IMG/VR virus record: IMGVR_UViG_3300021368_000003
Span: 1 to 64,000 of that record
From: a virus
DNA length: 64,000 bases
Direction: 5' to 3' (one strand)
Shown: positions 17,479 to 26,535 of the stretch, piece by piece
Layout of the letters: each line of letters starts with the position of its first letter
Position numbering within the stretch: the first letter of the stretch is position 1
Translations under genes and position numbers: made by a program
Notes under the pieces: model-generated
What the model was told of the DNA's origin: nothing
Databases searched by the model: none
What the model saw: only the letters and a program-made list of their open reading frames with translations

Positions 17479-17928
17479 TTACTTAAAGAAACTAGGTGAG
17501 TCATAGATCCTCTTCAAGAGTTTTCTGGCATCAGAAACTGATCCGATCAGTCCCATGCTTTCATTCATGGGTACTTCTGGGTTCCTTTCTGGTTCCTTAT
17601 GAATCTCTTTACGGACCCAACGCTTGTACATCATCACCGCTTCTGGTGACATAGGTGCAATCGTCAAGACTTGGTTCTCTGGTACAACGTAGAAATCTTC
17701 CTCTGAGAAGTTCATCCAACGGATGAATCCCATAGCAACTTTTTGGGACTTGGCGTCCTTATCTGGATCAAGTTCTACAACCTTAGTCCTAGCAGGATTT
17801 TGAATAAAGATTAAATCTGTCTTCGTCTCAGGATCTTCTGTCACAAGAATCTCACCCAGGATCTCTTCACCTGTTGTGAGTTTCATAGTTCCATAGAACT
17901 GATCGTCGTGCCGTATGTAACTAATCAT
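17479..17928 (-). CDS. Conserved T4-like hypothetical protein (Sm-like fold)
   Basis: FY..MKL.TGEEI, W..FS....Y pattern; downstream of uvsW. Confidence 0.75.
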   Translation of the reverse strand: MISYIRHDDQFYGTMKLTTGEEILGEILVTEDPETKTDLIFIQNPARTKVVELDPDKDAKSQKVAMGFIRWMNFSEEDFYVVPENQVLTIAPMSPEAVMMYKRWVRKEIHKEPERNPEVPMNESMGLIGSVSDARKLLKRIYDSPSFFK

Positions 17929-19387
17929 GTTTTAGTTTGATCTCCTTGATTTCGTAATTGAACGATTCTTCTTGGTAAATTTTTAATCTTTCACCAAGAT
18001 GGCGAAGGGTATAATTACTTCTGGATCCTCGGGCGCAGTTATCAGCGATGTCATACAACACTGCCTGTGCCTTGTTTTCACCTTTCCTAAGGACACGACC
18101 AATAGATTGGAGGTTCCTTACTCTGGACTTAGATGGACTTGCGAATATAACATTGTGTAGGTTTTTGATGTTGATCCCTGTTGAGAACGTACCGTATGAA
18201 GCGAGAATGATTGCATCTTTCTCTTGTTCACATACTGCTCGTGCCTCTTCACGGTCGTAAGCATCAATACCGCCATGAATGAAGAACAACTTACGATTGC
18301 CCTTCACTTTATTATTTAGCATCTCCCACAAAGGGTCCCCGTGCTTCTCTACGTAGTTGAATAGGATGAGTGTATTGCCTTTCAGATCTGCTGCCAGATT
18401 CACAATCAAATTATTTCTTTTAGGATGACTGACGATGTAGTCCATCTCTTGTTGATAGTCATCAAAGGGCACGTATCCGTGTTTCAATACCAGACACTTC
18501 ACTTGTAGAGGTGTGAGATGTCCTTTCTTCATCAGGTCTACTGTCTTAGTAACCTGTTCACATCTACCAAACAATCCTTCTAGCACCAACTGGTGCGTGT
18601 GCATACCATCGAGAGTACCTGTCAGTCCTATACGATACTTGCAGTCATGCATTTTAGTAAGAATACCTGACAAACTCTTCGCCTTATAGAGGTGTGCCTC
18701 GTCACCGATGACCACATCAAACCTATTAAAGAACTTCTTCGGTTCCTTATAGATAGATTGCCAAGTAGATATAACCACATCAGCGTCGGTATACTTCTCG
18801 GTGCCACCCATGATCTTGTGGCAGTATGCATCTGCCTTCCACCCATATTGCTGGAAGTCTTTGTATAATTGTTCAACAAGTGAAACGGTGGGGACGATGA
18901 TCAGGCACTGTCTATCCATCCCTAGGTGCCATCTGACTAGGGCATAGATGATTAAGGACTTGCCTGATCCTGTGGGGGATAGTAGAAGTCTGCGATTCTT
19001 TTTAAGTGCTTGGTAAATTGCTCGTAACTGGTAGTCTCGTGCCTTAAAAGGTAGTCCCAGAGATCTAACGTACCCCGCAACTGCCTCAGGAGATATGAGA
19101 GGTTCAGTATCTGTTGGTGATCCATAATGTTCAGACTCTTCTACTTCCCAGGGGTAATCCCTCTGGTCCAGGAATTCAGTTAGATAATCAAAAAGACCCG
19201 CATATATCTCCCCTGTTGCTGGGGAGTATAAACGGATCTTGCCATCCCACTTGTACTTTTGGTACTGGGGCATATACTTTGCTTGGGGTACATCAAAGCA
19301 GAAATGATCTGCTAGTTCCTGATGTACATGTGGATCTGTATTAACTTTGATGTAGACTTCGTTCTTCTTCGTAATCCTAGTAATCAC
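17921..19387 (-). CDS. uvsW: Helicase UvsW
   Basis: RDYQ, SPTGSGKS, DEAH, GLTGT, QSIGRVLR. Confidence 0.96.
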   Translation of the reverse strand: MITRITKKNEVYIKVNTDPHVHQELADHFCFDVPQAKYMPQYQKYKWDGKIRLYSPATGEIYAGLFDYLTEFLDQRDYPWEVEESEHYGSPTDTEPLISPEAVAGYVRSLGLPFKARDYQLRAIYQALKKNRRLLLSPTGSGKSLIIYALVRWHLGMDRQCLIIVPTVSLVEQLYKDFQQYGWKADAYCHKIMGGTEKYTDADVVISTWQSIYKEPKKFFNRFDVVIGDEAHLYKAKSLSGILTKMHDCKYRIGLTGTLDGMHTHQLVLEGLFGRCEQVTKTVDLMKKGHLTPLQVKCLVLKHGYVPFDDYQQEMDYIVSHPKRNNLIVNLAADLKGNTLILFNYVEKHGDPLWEMLNNKVKGNRKLFFIHGGIDAYDREEARAVCEQEKDAIILASYGTFSTGINIKNLHNVIFASPSKSRVRNLQSIGRVLRKGENKAQAVLYDIADNCARGSRSNYTLRHLGERLKIYQEESFNYEIKEIKLKHD

Positions 19388-19799
19388 CTGTTTTCCTCAG
19401 ATCAATAAAATTCTTAATCTGAAATCCTCGTGAGGATAACTGTTTAAGAATCATCTCTAAGTAATTTATACAAGTTTGAAGGTAGTCTACTTTCTGGGAG
19501 TTTCGCAACCATTCCTCGTCTGCCCAGATGTATGTGTTGAGGTCTCCTTTGAGAACCTTATGATTAAATGGTTTGTCAGCGTATACCTTTGCTGGTGCTT
19601 TGCCTGAATAGTATTCAAACTTTGCTTTGTAAAGCATCTTGCTCTTGGTCTCAGCGTCTGATAGCATCAGTTTGAATTGAGACCAGATGTTCAGATACTT
19701 TTCATGGATAACGGTACACTTAAAGTTTTCAGTGTCGAGATCGTTCTGGTCAACAACACAGTCCTCTCTCCACATCTCACGAATTTCATCAAGTGTCAT
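19377..19799 (-). CDS. uvsY: Recombination mediator UvsY
   Basis: W..D..VD..., EYYSGKA, RGFQIKN.ID. Confidence 0.9.
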   Translation of the reverse strand: MTLDEIREMWREDCVVDQNDLDTENFKCTVIHEKYLNIWSQFKLMLSDAETKSKMLYKAKFEYYSGKAPAKVYADKPFNHKVLKGDLNTYIWADEEWLRNSQKVDYLQTCINYLEMILKQLSSRGFQIKNFIDLRKTGDY

Positions 19800-20350
19800 T
19801 CAAGTACAGTCCTCCTCTTTCCATCGATGTCTTGGATTTCATAGGAGATATACCTGAACTCAGCAGTTGCTGTGGCATACTCCGTACCATCTATTGTAGC
19901 ATTAAATTCTAACGCATTCAAACTAACAGGGATGAGATCCTTAAAGGTCACAAAGAAGTTAGTCTGCATATTAGAATTCAAGACGGCAAGAGACCCATCA
20001 CACCTGATGGGATAATCTGCTTCTTCCATTGACACTCTTTCTCTAAGAGACTCACCACCGCCAGCGATACCACGCATCCAGTTATGTAGGATAAGATAAT
20101 TTTCGAGATCTTCATCAACTAAGAAAGTTATATTAAATGGTTCGTAATTCAGACCATGCGCTTCCCATGGGATAGTACGTCCCATTATGGTAGGTTGCTC
20201 AACAGTATTCATCGACAGACCAGGAATTGATGCAGACTGTGAGAAGTAAGTTACCTTAGGGTATCCTTCCAGTTGCATCTTAAATCCGATCGGTGACAGA
20301 AAGTTTCTGTTCTCGACCTGTTTGTTCCAAGCACCGTAATCAGCAGGCAT
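19796..20350 (-). CDS. gp3: Tail completion protein gp3
   Basis: NRNFLSPIGF, IPG, FLVDEDLENY...NW, F.DL.PVSL. Confidence 0.88.
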   Translation of the reverse strand: MPADYGAWNKQVENRNFLSPIGFKMQLEGYPKVTYFSQSASIPGLSMNTVEQPTIMGRTIPWEAHGLNYEPFNITFLVDEDLENYLILHNWMRGIAGGGESLRERVSMEEADYPIRCDGSLAVLNSNMQTNFFVTFKDLIPVSLNALEFNATIDGTEYATATAEFRYISYEIQDIDGKRRTVLE

Positions 20351-20363
20351 GATCTTTTTTTAG

Positions 20364-20543
20364 TTATTTATCCTTAAAGAGTTCCTCTACCTGCCTGCGT
20401 GCAGAGTTCATTTTGTGCTGTTCTCTTTCTGAATGTCTGTATTGATGTTTGCCATGCACGATAAAATATCCCTGAACTATCAATGACAGTCCAAGGATAC
20501 CTATAATTACTGTACCAATCAGTTCAATGTTATGTTCAACCAT
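20364..20543 (-). CDS. Small membrane protein, 59 aa (not in ORF track)
   Basis: Manual translation MVEHNIELIGTVIIGILGLSLIVQGYFIVHGKHQYRHSEREQHKMNSARRQVEELFKDK*. Confidence 0.65.
   Translation of the reverse strand: MVEHNIELIGTVIIGILGLSLIVQGYFIVHGKHQYRHSEREQHKMNSARRQVEELFKDK
20365..20372 (-). promoter_or_regulatory. Late promoter GATAAATA (gp3)
   Basis: Matches NATAAATA 14 nt upstream of gp3. Confidence 0.75.
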
Positions 20544-20713
20544 GGTAGGATTGGTGGAATTACTCCAATAAGTCGAAGCAAACCCTCAGCAAAAAGTGCA
20601 AGAACAACCCAGCCAACACACATTGAAATAATTGAAGCATTGCGATTGTGTCTGCGTATTGCATCGGCAATCATTACCTCCACTTCTTCTTTACTAATAG
20701 GGGTGTTAGTCAT
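20519..20713 (-). CDS. Small membrane protein
   Basis: MI..AIRRHNRNASIISM..GW.VLALFAEGLLRL; hydrophobic C-terminal half. Confidence 0.75.
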   Translation of the reverse strand: MTNTPISKEEVEVMIADAIRRHNRNASIISMCVGWVVLALFAEGLLRLIGVIPPILPWLNITLN

Positions 20714-20873
20714 TTTCGTCGTAGTCGTATGTTAAACGGCAGTCCCAGTAATGATCTTCTTCCCACTCTGGTTCATACAAAGGACAAGGTTCCTCAAAGA
20801 GGTGCTGCATCCTTAGTTGTTTAATCCGTTCACGTAACTGTTTATAAAACTCTCTCTTCTGATCCGAATTCAT
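20706..20873 (-). CDS. Hypothetical protein, 55 aa (not in ORF track)
   Basis: Manual translation MNSDQKREFYKQLRERIKQLRMQHLFEEPCPLYEPEWEEDHYWDCRLTYDYDEND*; ATGA-coupled to the upstream gene. Confidence 0.7.
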   Translation of the reverse strand: MNSDQKREFYKQLRERIKQLRMQHLFEEPCPLYEPEWEEDHYWDCRLTYDYDEND

Positions 20874-21064
20874 TGGGAGTATTCGTTGAGCATGTCCAGC
20901 ATTTCATTAAGAGCGGAGTGCCTTCCATCGTGCCAGTCTCCATTCTTATGACTGAACTTACCGTCGAATAACTCAGTTTTAAGTTTGTATACTCGGGCAA
21001 GCATATCTGTCTTGCTGATACGTCCACGTCCCATGGTATCCCACATAAAGAGTTCTACGTACAT
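20870..21064 (-). CDS. Hypothetical protein (start probably MGRGR)
   Basis: MGRGRISK.D.LARV.KLK...W..G.H..LN; TTAAATA late-like motif at 21074-21080. Confidence 0.7.
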   Translation of the reverse strand: MYVELFMWDTMGRGRISKTDMLARVYKLKTELFDGKFSHKNGDWHDGRHSALNEMLDMLNEYSQ

Positions 21065-21081
21065 TATACCAACTATTTAAC

Positions 21082-21109
21082 AAAAAAGGTGCCTTGACGG
21101 CACCATTTT
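21082..21109 (-). terminator. Intrinsic terminator (possibly bidirectional)
   Basis: GGTGCC-N5-GGCACC flanked by A6 and ATTTT. Confidence 0.7.
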
Positions 21110-21130
21110 GGATAGTATGTTGGGTTTTCA

Positions 21131-21301
21131 TTACATAAGCATCTCCTTGCATATCCGTTTACACACCGATTGGGTGTCTTGGCAATCAATCAGACACTCA
21201 TAGTATTCGTTCACGTCGTCCATTTCTGATTCTAGTTCGTCAATAGTCTGAGCGAAGTGTCTCCACTCATCTAATTGATTGTGTGATACGATGTTCTTCA
21301 T
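21131..21301 (-). CDS. Small acidic Cys-rich protein (ECLIDC..CKRIC), 56 aa
   Basis: MKNIVSHNQLDEW...YYECLIDCQDTQSVCKRICKEMLM; stand-alone unit between two terminators. Confidence 0.75.
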   Translation of the reverse strand: MKNIVSHNQLDEWRHFAQTIDELESEMDDVNEYYECLIDCQDTQSVCKRICKEMLM

Positions 21302-21392
21302 GATGATCACCATAAGATGTACTGCATAACAAATAGAAGTTTGAGTGCATGACATCACCTCGCTGGTTTCTATTACTACTTATGATAGTTAT

Positions 21393-21408
21393 TGTATTGT
21401 AATATACA
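21393..21408. promoter_or_regulatory. NtcA binding site
   Basis: TGTA-ttgtaata-TACA is an exact TGTA-N8-TACA match in an intergenic region. Confidence 0.65.
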
Positions 21409-21443
21409 TTTGTTGCTTTTTTACAAACCCGTTACATAGGTAC

Positions 21444-21469
21444 AAAAAAAGAGACCCTTTCGGGTCTCT
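21444..21469 (-). terminator. Intrinsic terminator after gp23
   Basis: Minus strand AGAGACCC-GAAA-GGGTCTCT followed by a T-run. Confidence 0.92.
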
Positions 21470-21491
21470 CGGATAAAGTTTTGTGAATGGA

Positions 21492-22838
21492 TCACATGAG
21501 GTTGTCAACCAGGACTCTACGGTAGTAGCGGTTGGCGTTAGCGGTAAGAGCACCGCTGCCTTGGGAAGTACCTTCGGCGAAGGGGTTCGCGACCATGCCG
21601 TAGCGAGTCTTGAATCCGATCTTGGGCTGGAAGGTGTCCTGACCAACGGCACGCACCATTTGGAGCGGCACATAGGGGCAGTAGAACAGACCAGCGTCAT
21701 AGGCAGAAGAACCCTTGTAACCAGCAACGTAGAAGTGACGGTCACTTACGTTAGCAGAGTAAGGATCAACATAAACCTTGATTCTACCGTTCAGAGTACC
21801 AGCAAGAGTGCTGCTGTTGTCATCAGGGAGAAGGTTGCTGTTGCCAGACAGTGCAGGGGTGTAGTCAAGAACACCAGCCATGGACAGAGCAGATGCCACA
21901 TCAGCAGAGCAGATGAGGATGTTGCCCTTCCCGCGACGAGTTTCATGACCGATTGCGTTCATGTCTCTTTCGATTTGGAAGAGGAGACCCTTGAACTTCT
22001 CAACCGACCAACGACCGTTGGAGTCAACGTCGAGGTCAAACACACCAGCAGTAGCAGTGTTGTTCTGAGCGCCAGGACGAGCGATCTTGTAGACAGTTCT
22101 AACAACTTCTCTGTTGATCTCAGCGAGAACCTCAGTAGAGAGGATGTTAGCGAGTTCGCTCTCAGCGTCCAGACCGTGGACTGCTTTCAAGTCCTGAGCA
22201 AGTTCAAGACTGTACTCAGCTTTCAGTGCTCTGGACTTAGCAGTCACAGTGACCTTCTCGATCGAGAAGTTCATTTCTGCGAACTGGTTGCCAGAAGCGT
22301 CGCCCAGTGCCTCAGACTCGGCAGTGGTCATACCACCAGAGGTGTTATAAGTGCCACTGTCGTTGAGCAGACCAGGGTTGCTACCTGCCTGAGCAGTTCT
22401 ACCCAGGTCAGATGCTGCGTTCTCAGCGGAGAACTCAGTGTCAGCCTCGTTGAAGAATGCTTCGGTGCCAGCAGTTCTGTTGGTGCCATAGCGTGAGCGC
22501 ATTGCGAAGATCAGTCCAGTAGGACCAGTCATCGGTTGCACACCAGCGATGTCATATGCAATCAGTTTCGGCATGGAGCGTCTGATCAAGGAGATCAGAA
22601 CAGGGTCGAAACCAGCAACAGGACCAGTAGCGGTGCTGCTACCACTGAAACCAGCGGTGCCAGCGGACATGGTAGGGGCTGCCTCGTTGAGGATGCCTGC
22701 TTCCTCTTTCAGGAAGGTTTCTTGGTTTTCGAGCAGGATGGAGGTAACAGCCTTTCTATACTTGTCCGAAATGTTATCGAGTTCGGAGTGTTCCAGAATG
22801 GGTGCCCACTTTTCCTGCAAAGATTCGGAATTGAACAT
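21492..22838 (-). CDS. gp23: Major capsid protein gp23
   Basis: GVQPMTGPTGLIFAMR, SRALKAEY..ELAQDLKAVHG, YCPYVPL, FQPKIGFKTRYG. Confidence 0.99.
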   Translation of the reverse strand: MFNSESLQEKWAPILEHSELDNISDKYRKAVTSILLENQETFLKEEAGILNEAAPTMSAGTAGFSGSSTATGPVAGFDPVLISLIRRSMPKLIAYDIAGVQPMTGPTGLIFAMRSRYGTNRTAGTEAFFNEADTEFSAENAASDLGRTAQAGSNPGLLNDSGTYNTSGGMTTAESEALGDASGNQFAEMNFSIEKVTVTAKSRALKAEYSLELAQDLKAVHGLDAESELANILSTEVLAEINREVVRTVYKIARPGAQNNTATAGVFDLDVDSNGRWSVEKFKGLLFQIERDMNAIGHETRRGKGNILICSADVASALSMAGVLDYTPALSGNSNLLPDDNSSTLAGTLNGRIKVYVDPYSANVSDRHFYVAGYKGSSAYDAGLFYCPYVPLQMVRAVGQDTFQPKIGFKTRYGMVANPFAEGTSQGSGALTANANRYYRRVLVDNLM

Positions 22839-22884
22839 TTGCTTTTTTACCTTTTAATTTCTAGGTGGAATAGGGGTTTAGTTA

Positions 22885-23922
22885 TCACTTAGCCCAGCGG
22901 GAAAGTGCTTGCACATAGGCGTCCATAGTGCCGCCGATCTGTGCGTTCTCTACCTCAACATCCTCAGTAACAGTAGTCACTTCGGGTTTGGTGGAGAAAT
23001 ACGACTCTCTAAGAGTCGCCACCTTCTCGCGGAAGGTCTCTTCATTTTCAAACTCAACTGCTTCTGCAAGGGAGGCAAGTTTCTCGCGTTGTGCAAGAGA
23101 CAGTCCTTCGCTCAGCTCGCTCACGATCCCATTCTTGATATAACCGCCGACCTCTTTGGTGAGACCAACGTTCTCTTCGATTTGTTCGTTGAGTTTCTTT
23201 TCCATAGTATCGAGTTGCTCGGTCATTTCGTCAACCAAGTCAACTTTCTCGTCGGGAACTTCGATGAAGTTCTCAGCGAAAACTTGTTTGAGTCCAGCAA
23301 GGACGCTTTCTGCCATCTCGGTCTTAATGCCGTGCTCAATGGCAAGAGCGTTATCCTTTGCCCACTTCTGAACAGCAAACGACAGATACTCGTCTACTTG
23401 CTCAGCAAGAGTGGTTTTTACGGTCTCAATTTCTTCTTCGAGGACCTTGGCATAATCACCATGGATTCTGTCAAGTTCTTCGTTAAGGCGAGAAACAACT
23501 GCTGCCTCAAAGATCGTAGCAGCTTTCTCTTTGAACTCCTCAGACAGGTCTTCACCCTCAGTCAGAGCAGCAACGTCAGCAGAAAGATCGATCTGAATGG
23601 TTTCAGTCTCTTCTTCCTCAGCAATCACTTCTTCACCTTCGTGCTCAGCGTGGTCGAAGGTAGGAGACTTCTTGATGCTGTCCTGCTTATTGCCAGAAGC
23701 ATCGGAAGGTTTCGTTGTGGGTGCTTGTGCATTGCCACCCGTGACGACCTTAAACTTGTTAGACTCGTCGTCGGGTTTAGAGTTTTGGGGGGTAGGACCA
23801 CCGAGGTCAGCGATACCACTAAGTCCACTGCCTTCATCAGACAGTTTACCTTGGGGATCGGCAGGCTTAGCGCCAGCAGTTACGCTCGATTCGTCCAGAG
23901 TAGTTTCAATTTTGTCAGACAT
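22885..23922 (-). CDS. gp22: Prohead core scaffold gp22
   Basis: LSEEFKEKAATIFEAAV, acidic coiled coil, upstream of gp23. Confidence 0.95.
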   Translation of the reverse strand: MSDKIETTLDESSVTAGAKPADPQGKLSDEGSGLSGIADLGGPTPQNSKPDDESNKFKVVTGGNAQAPTTKPSDASGNKQDSIKKSPTFDHAEHEGEEVIAEEEETETIQIDLSADVAALTEGEDLSEEFKEKAATIFEAAVVSRLNEELDRIHGDYAKVLEEEIETVKTTLAEQVDEYLSFAVQKWAKDNALAIEHGIKTEMAESVLAGLKQVFAENFIEVPDEKVDLVDEMTEQLDTMEKKLNEQIEENVGLTKEVGGYIKNGIVSELSEGLSLAQREKLASLAEAVEFENEETFREKVATLRESYFSTKPEVTTVTEDVEVENAQIGGTMDAYVQALSRWAK

Positions 23923-23961
23923 TGTGTCTCCTCGTGGTTACGTTGCTGTGATTGCTCTAAT

Positions 23962-23969
23962 TATTTATG
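23962..23969 (-). promoter_or_regulatory. Late promoter CATAAATA (gp22)
   Basis: NATAAATA between gp21 and gp22. Confidence 0.8.
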
Positions 23970-23970
23970 A

Positions 23971-24618
23971 TTACAGATTTTTCAAGAACTCAGAAAACGC
24001 GGAAATCTTCCTTTCTTCTAATTGCGCTGCCGCAGCATTGTCAATTCTTTTCTTGATTTGCTCAATTTGCTGCTCGTGGATTGCGCCACCAGCAAGCACC
24101 CATTCCTTCCCTTCCATGATTCCATTGACAAATGCATCAGGAGCAGAAGGATCTGCTACGATGTCAGCAGCAGTAGCGAGCATAAAGTCTTCGCCTACTA
24201 CCTTGACACCATTTTCTTCCTTGATAGAACCCAGTCCGCGTGAAGAAACTCCCAGTTTGACACCTTCGTCAAGCAGTTGCTTGGCGATTTTACCCATAGG
24301 TGTTTCAAGAAGTCTTGCTTTACCAACAAAGTTATTACCTTCCTGTCTCAGGGAAGTGATGAGGTGAGAAGCACGGTCAAGGTTGATGGTAGGACCATCG
24401 GGGTGACCCAGTTCTCCCAGAGCACGACCAGTCTTAACGAAGTTCTCGTTATACTTACCTACTTCTCTTGCGAGAGTAGAGATAGGATAACGTCTTCCGT
24501 TACGGTTAGTGAGTTCGCCTTGCAGAAATACACCCTCAATGAAGGTGTTTCTCTTACCGTTCTTACCTTCGGTAATTACGATCTTGGCGTCATCAATTTG
24601 TTCCGTTATCAGTTTCAT
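23971..24618 (-). CDS. gp21: Prohead protease gp21
   Basis: MKLITE, NRNGRRY, ALGELGHP, GVSSRGLGS, DIVADPSAP. Confidence 0.97.
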   Translation of the reverse strand: MKLITEQIDDAKIVITEGKNGKRNTFIEGVFLQGELTNRNGRRYPISTLAREVGKYNENFVKTGRALGELGHPDGPTINLDRASHLITSLRQEGNNFVGKARLLETPMGKIAKQLLDEGVKLGVSSRGLGSIKEENGVKVVGEDFMLATAADIVADPSAPDAFVNGIMEGKEWVLAGGAIHEQQIEQIKKRIDNAAAAQLEERKISAFSEFLKNL

Positions 24619-24856
24619 CGGTAGGTTCCTCAGTTGATGCTTCGGGGGTTTCGGGGGTTTCAGGTTCTGTCTCGGCAGATGCTTCTACCTCTGGTTCGTC
24701 AGGGGTAGGTGCAAACATCTTCGCGCCGACTTCCTTCTTCATGTCACCGATGGTGTCCATGGCGAGGGACTTCATCTGTGTATCAACATAGTCCGACAGG
24801 TCCTTTTGACCAGCGAACAACGAATTTACAATGTCAAGGGCAGATTGGGAGGGCAT
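24593..24856 (-). CDS. Small acidic head-region protein (gp67/gp68 position)
   Basis: Between gp20 and gp21; TCTAAATA at 24879-24886. Confidence 0.7.
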   Translation of the reverse strand: MPSQSALDIVNSLFAGQKDLSDYVDTQMKSLAMDTIGDMKKEVGAKMFAPTPDEPEVEASAETEPETPETPEASTEEPTDETDNGTN

Positions 24857-24881
24857 GATAATTACAGATTATATGTACTAT

Positions 24882-26486
24882 TTAGATATTTCCTTTTTCG
24901 TAATCTTTGGGATCTAATCCCTCTTCCTCTTGTTCGGGTTCAGGAGGCATCAATGACATCTCCATTTGCGCCTTCTCCATCTGTTGCATCTCTGCGGGAG
25001 AGACAACCAAACCAGCATCCATTTCTGCCTGCATCTGCTCGTTGATCTCATCGATCTCGTTATCAGTTTGACGCAGAATGTTGCGGCGGAGGTATTCAAG
25101 AGAGAAGTATTTACCAGCGTAAGGATCCATCTGAGCGAGAAGAGCGAGTCTCTCATTCATAACTTCCTTCTCTTTCATTTCAGAGAAGTAGTTATCAGCA
25201 ATGAAGTTATACTGGATTTGCTCCTTCATCTCATCCCATTCTTCCAGCGTGCAAACGCCTTTCAGAACCAGTTGAGTTTTAAGGAGATCATTAAACAGAT
25301 CACTAAACTTCTTACGGAGTCTTGTGACAAACTTTTGGAACTTCACTTCATCACGGGTGATCTCAGCAGATCTACCAATGTTGAAAGAAGATTCAGATTC
25401 CAATCTAGACTCTGGGACATTCAGAGATCTATACAGTTTCTTCTGGAAATACTTAACGTCTTCCAGTTCACCGAGGTTTTGCCCGCCAGGGAGAGTAGAA
25501 ATTTCAGTGCCGCGCCCACCCTCGCGTCTTGGAAGCCAGAAGTCCTCCAACATAGACATGAATTTCTTATCGTCTCTGATCTCACCAGTGTCAGCGTTAT
25601 AGACCAACTTGTTTCTATAACGAGACATCACTTCACGCAAGTATTGTTCTGCCTTTTGCTTGGGCAGGTTACCCACATCAATGTAAAAGATGCGGCGTTC
25701 GGGTGCTCTGGACAGACGATAAATGACCAGAGAGTCCTCAATCATACGGAGTTGATTGAGTGCTTTGATTGCTTTGTGAAGGTGTGACAGCACATAGTTG
25801 CGCTGCATATCCAACTGACCAGAGTGGATATAGGAGATAGCATCAGGAGCAATCTTGATACCATTATTCTCATATCCTTTCAGACCTTTTGGTGAGTAAA
25901 TGTAATACTCAACAGACTTCGGTACGATCGAAGCAGTCTGGGGATCGATTGGTTGGAGGCGATCTTTGGGTTTGTCAAACTCGACAACCTTCTTGATCTT
26001 ACGAGGATCGATATACCGCAACTCACTAATGCCAGCACTAGGGTTCTTGGTATCGATCATCTTATGATAGAAAAGTCTGCCGTCGATATACCATCTACGG
26101 AAGATGTCGTATGCTTTTCTATCAAAATCTAGGAGAACAAGGACGTTTTCAAACTCTTCCTTGATTCTATTTCTGAGTGTCTGCGATGCTTTGAGGTTTT
26201 GGAGATCAATATCTACGGGATGATCGTTTAGATCCCCAGCAATCGCTTCGTTAACAACATCATTGATTGCTGCATCACATTCAGGATGCAGTGACATTTC
26301 ACGGTAACGACCAATAAGGTCTGCTTCGCTTGCCTTGTTGGCAGCGTCGCCCATCTCGACATATTGTCCAAAATAACCACCAGCAACAATAGGTTGCGCT
26401 GCATCGTCTGACTCTTTACGCACAAAAGAAGGAGCCGATTTCGACCCCTTCTTTCTATCAAGCGAATAACCAAATAATTGGGACAT
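24882..26486 (-). CDS. gp20: Portal protein gp20
   Basis: FRRWYIDGR, YRLSRAPERRIFYIDVGNLPK, EDFWLPRREGGRGTEI. Confidence 0.99.
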   Translation of the reverse strand: MSQLFGYSLDRKKGSKSAPSFVRKESDDAAQPIVAGGYFGQYVEMGDAANKASEADLIGRYREMSLHPECDAAINDVVNEAIAGDLNDHPVDIDLQNLKASQTLRNRIKEEFENVLVLLDFDRKAYDIFRRWYIDGRLFYHKMIDTKNPSAGISELRYIDPRKIKKVVEFDKPKDRLQPIDPQTASIVPKSVEYYIYSPKGLKGYENNGIKIAPDAISYIHSGQLDMQRNYVLSHLHKAIKALNQLRMIEDSLVIYRLSRAPERRIFYIDVGNLPKQKAEQYLREVMSRYRNKLVYNADTGEIRDDKKFMSMLEDFWLPRREGGRGTEISTLPGGQNLGELEDVKYFQKKLYRSLNVPESRLESESSFNIGRSAEITRDEVKFQKFVTRLRKKFSDLFNDLLKTQLVLKGVCTLEEWDEMKEQIQYNFIADNYFSEMKEKEVMNERLALLAQMDPYAGKYFSLEYLRRNILRQTDNEIDEINEQMQAEMDAGLVVSPAEMQQMEKAQMEMSLMPPEPEQEEEGLDPKDYEKGNI

Positions 26487-26513
26487 CAGACGTATTGTAA
26501 TTACTTGTCCTAC

Positions 26514-26521
26514 TATTTAGT
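26514..26521 (-). promoter_or_regulatory. Late promoter ACTAAATA (gp20)
   Basis: TAAATA core upstream of gp20. Confidence 0.7.
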
Positions 26522-26535
26522 AGGTTTGTAATTCA

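Noticed and set aside
21131-21301. CP12 assignment for the small Cys-rich protein
   Set aside because: Lacks the CP12 C-terminal C…P…EC..Y(D/E) pattern; Cys spacing differs
21483-23970. Long plus-strand ORFs (337 aa, 353 aa), and similar ones opposite gp20, gp18 and the tail fibre
   Set aside because: Antisense shadows of strongly codon-biased structural genes; no motifs or start context
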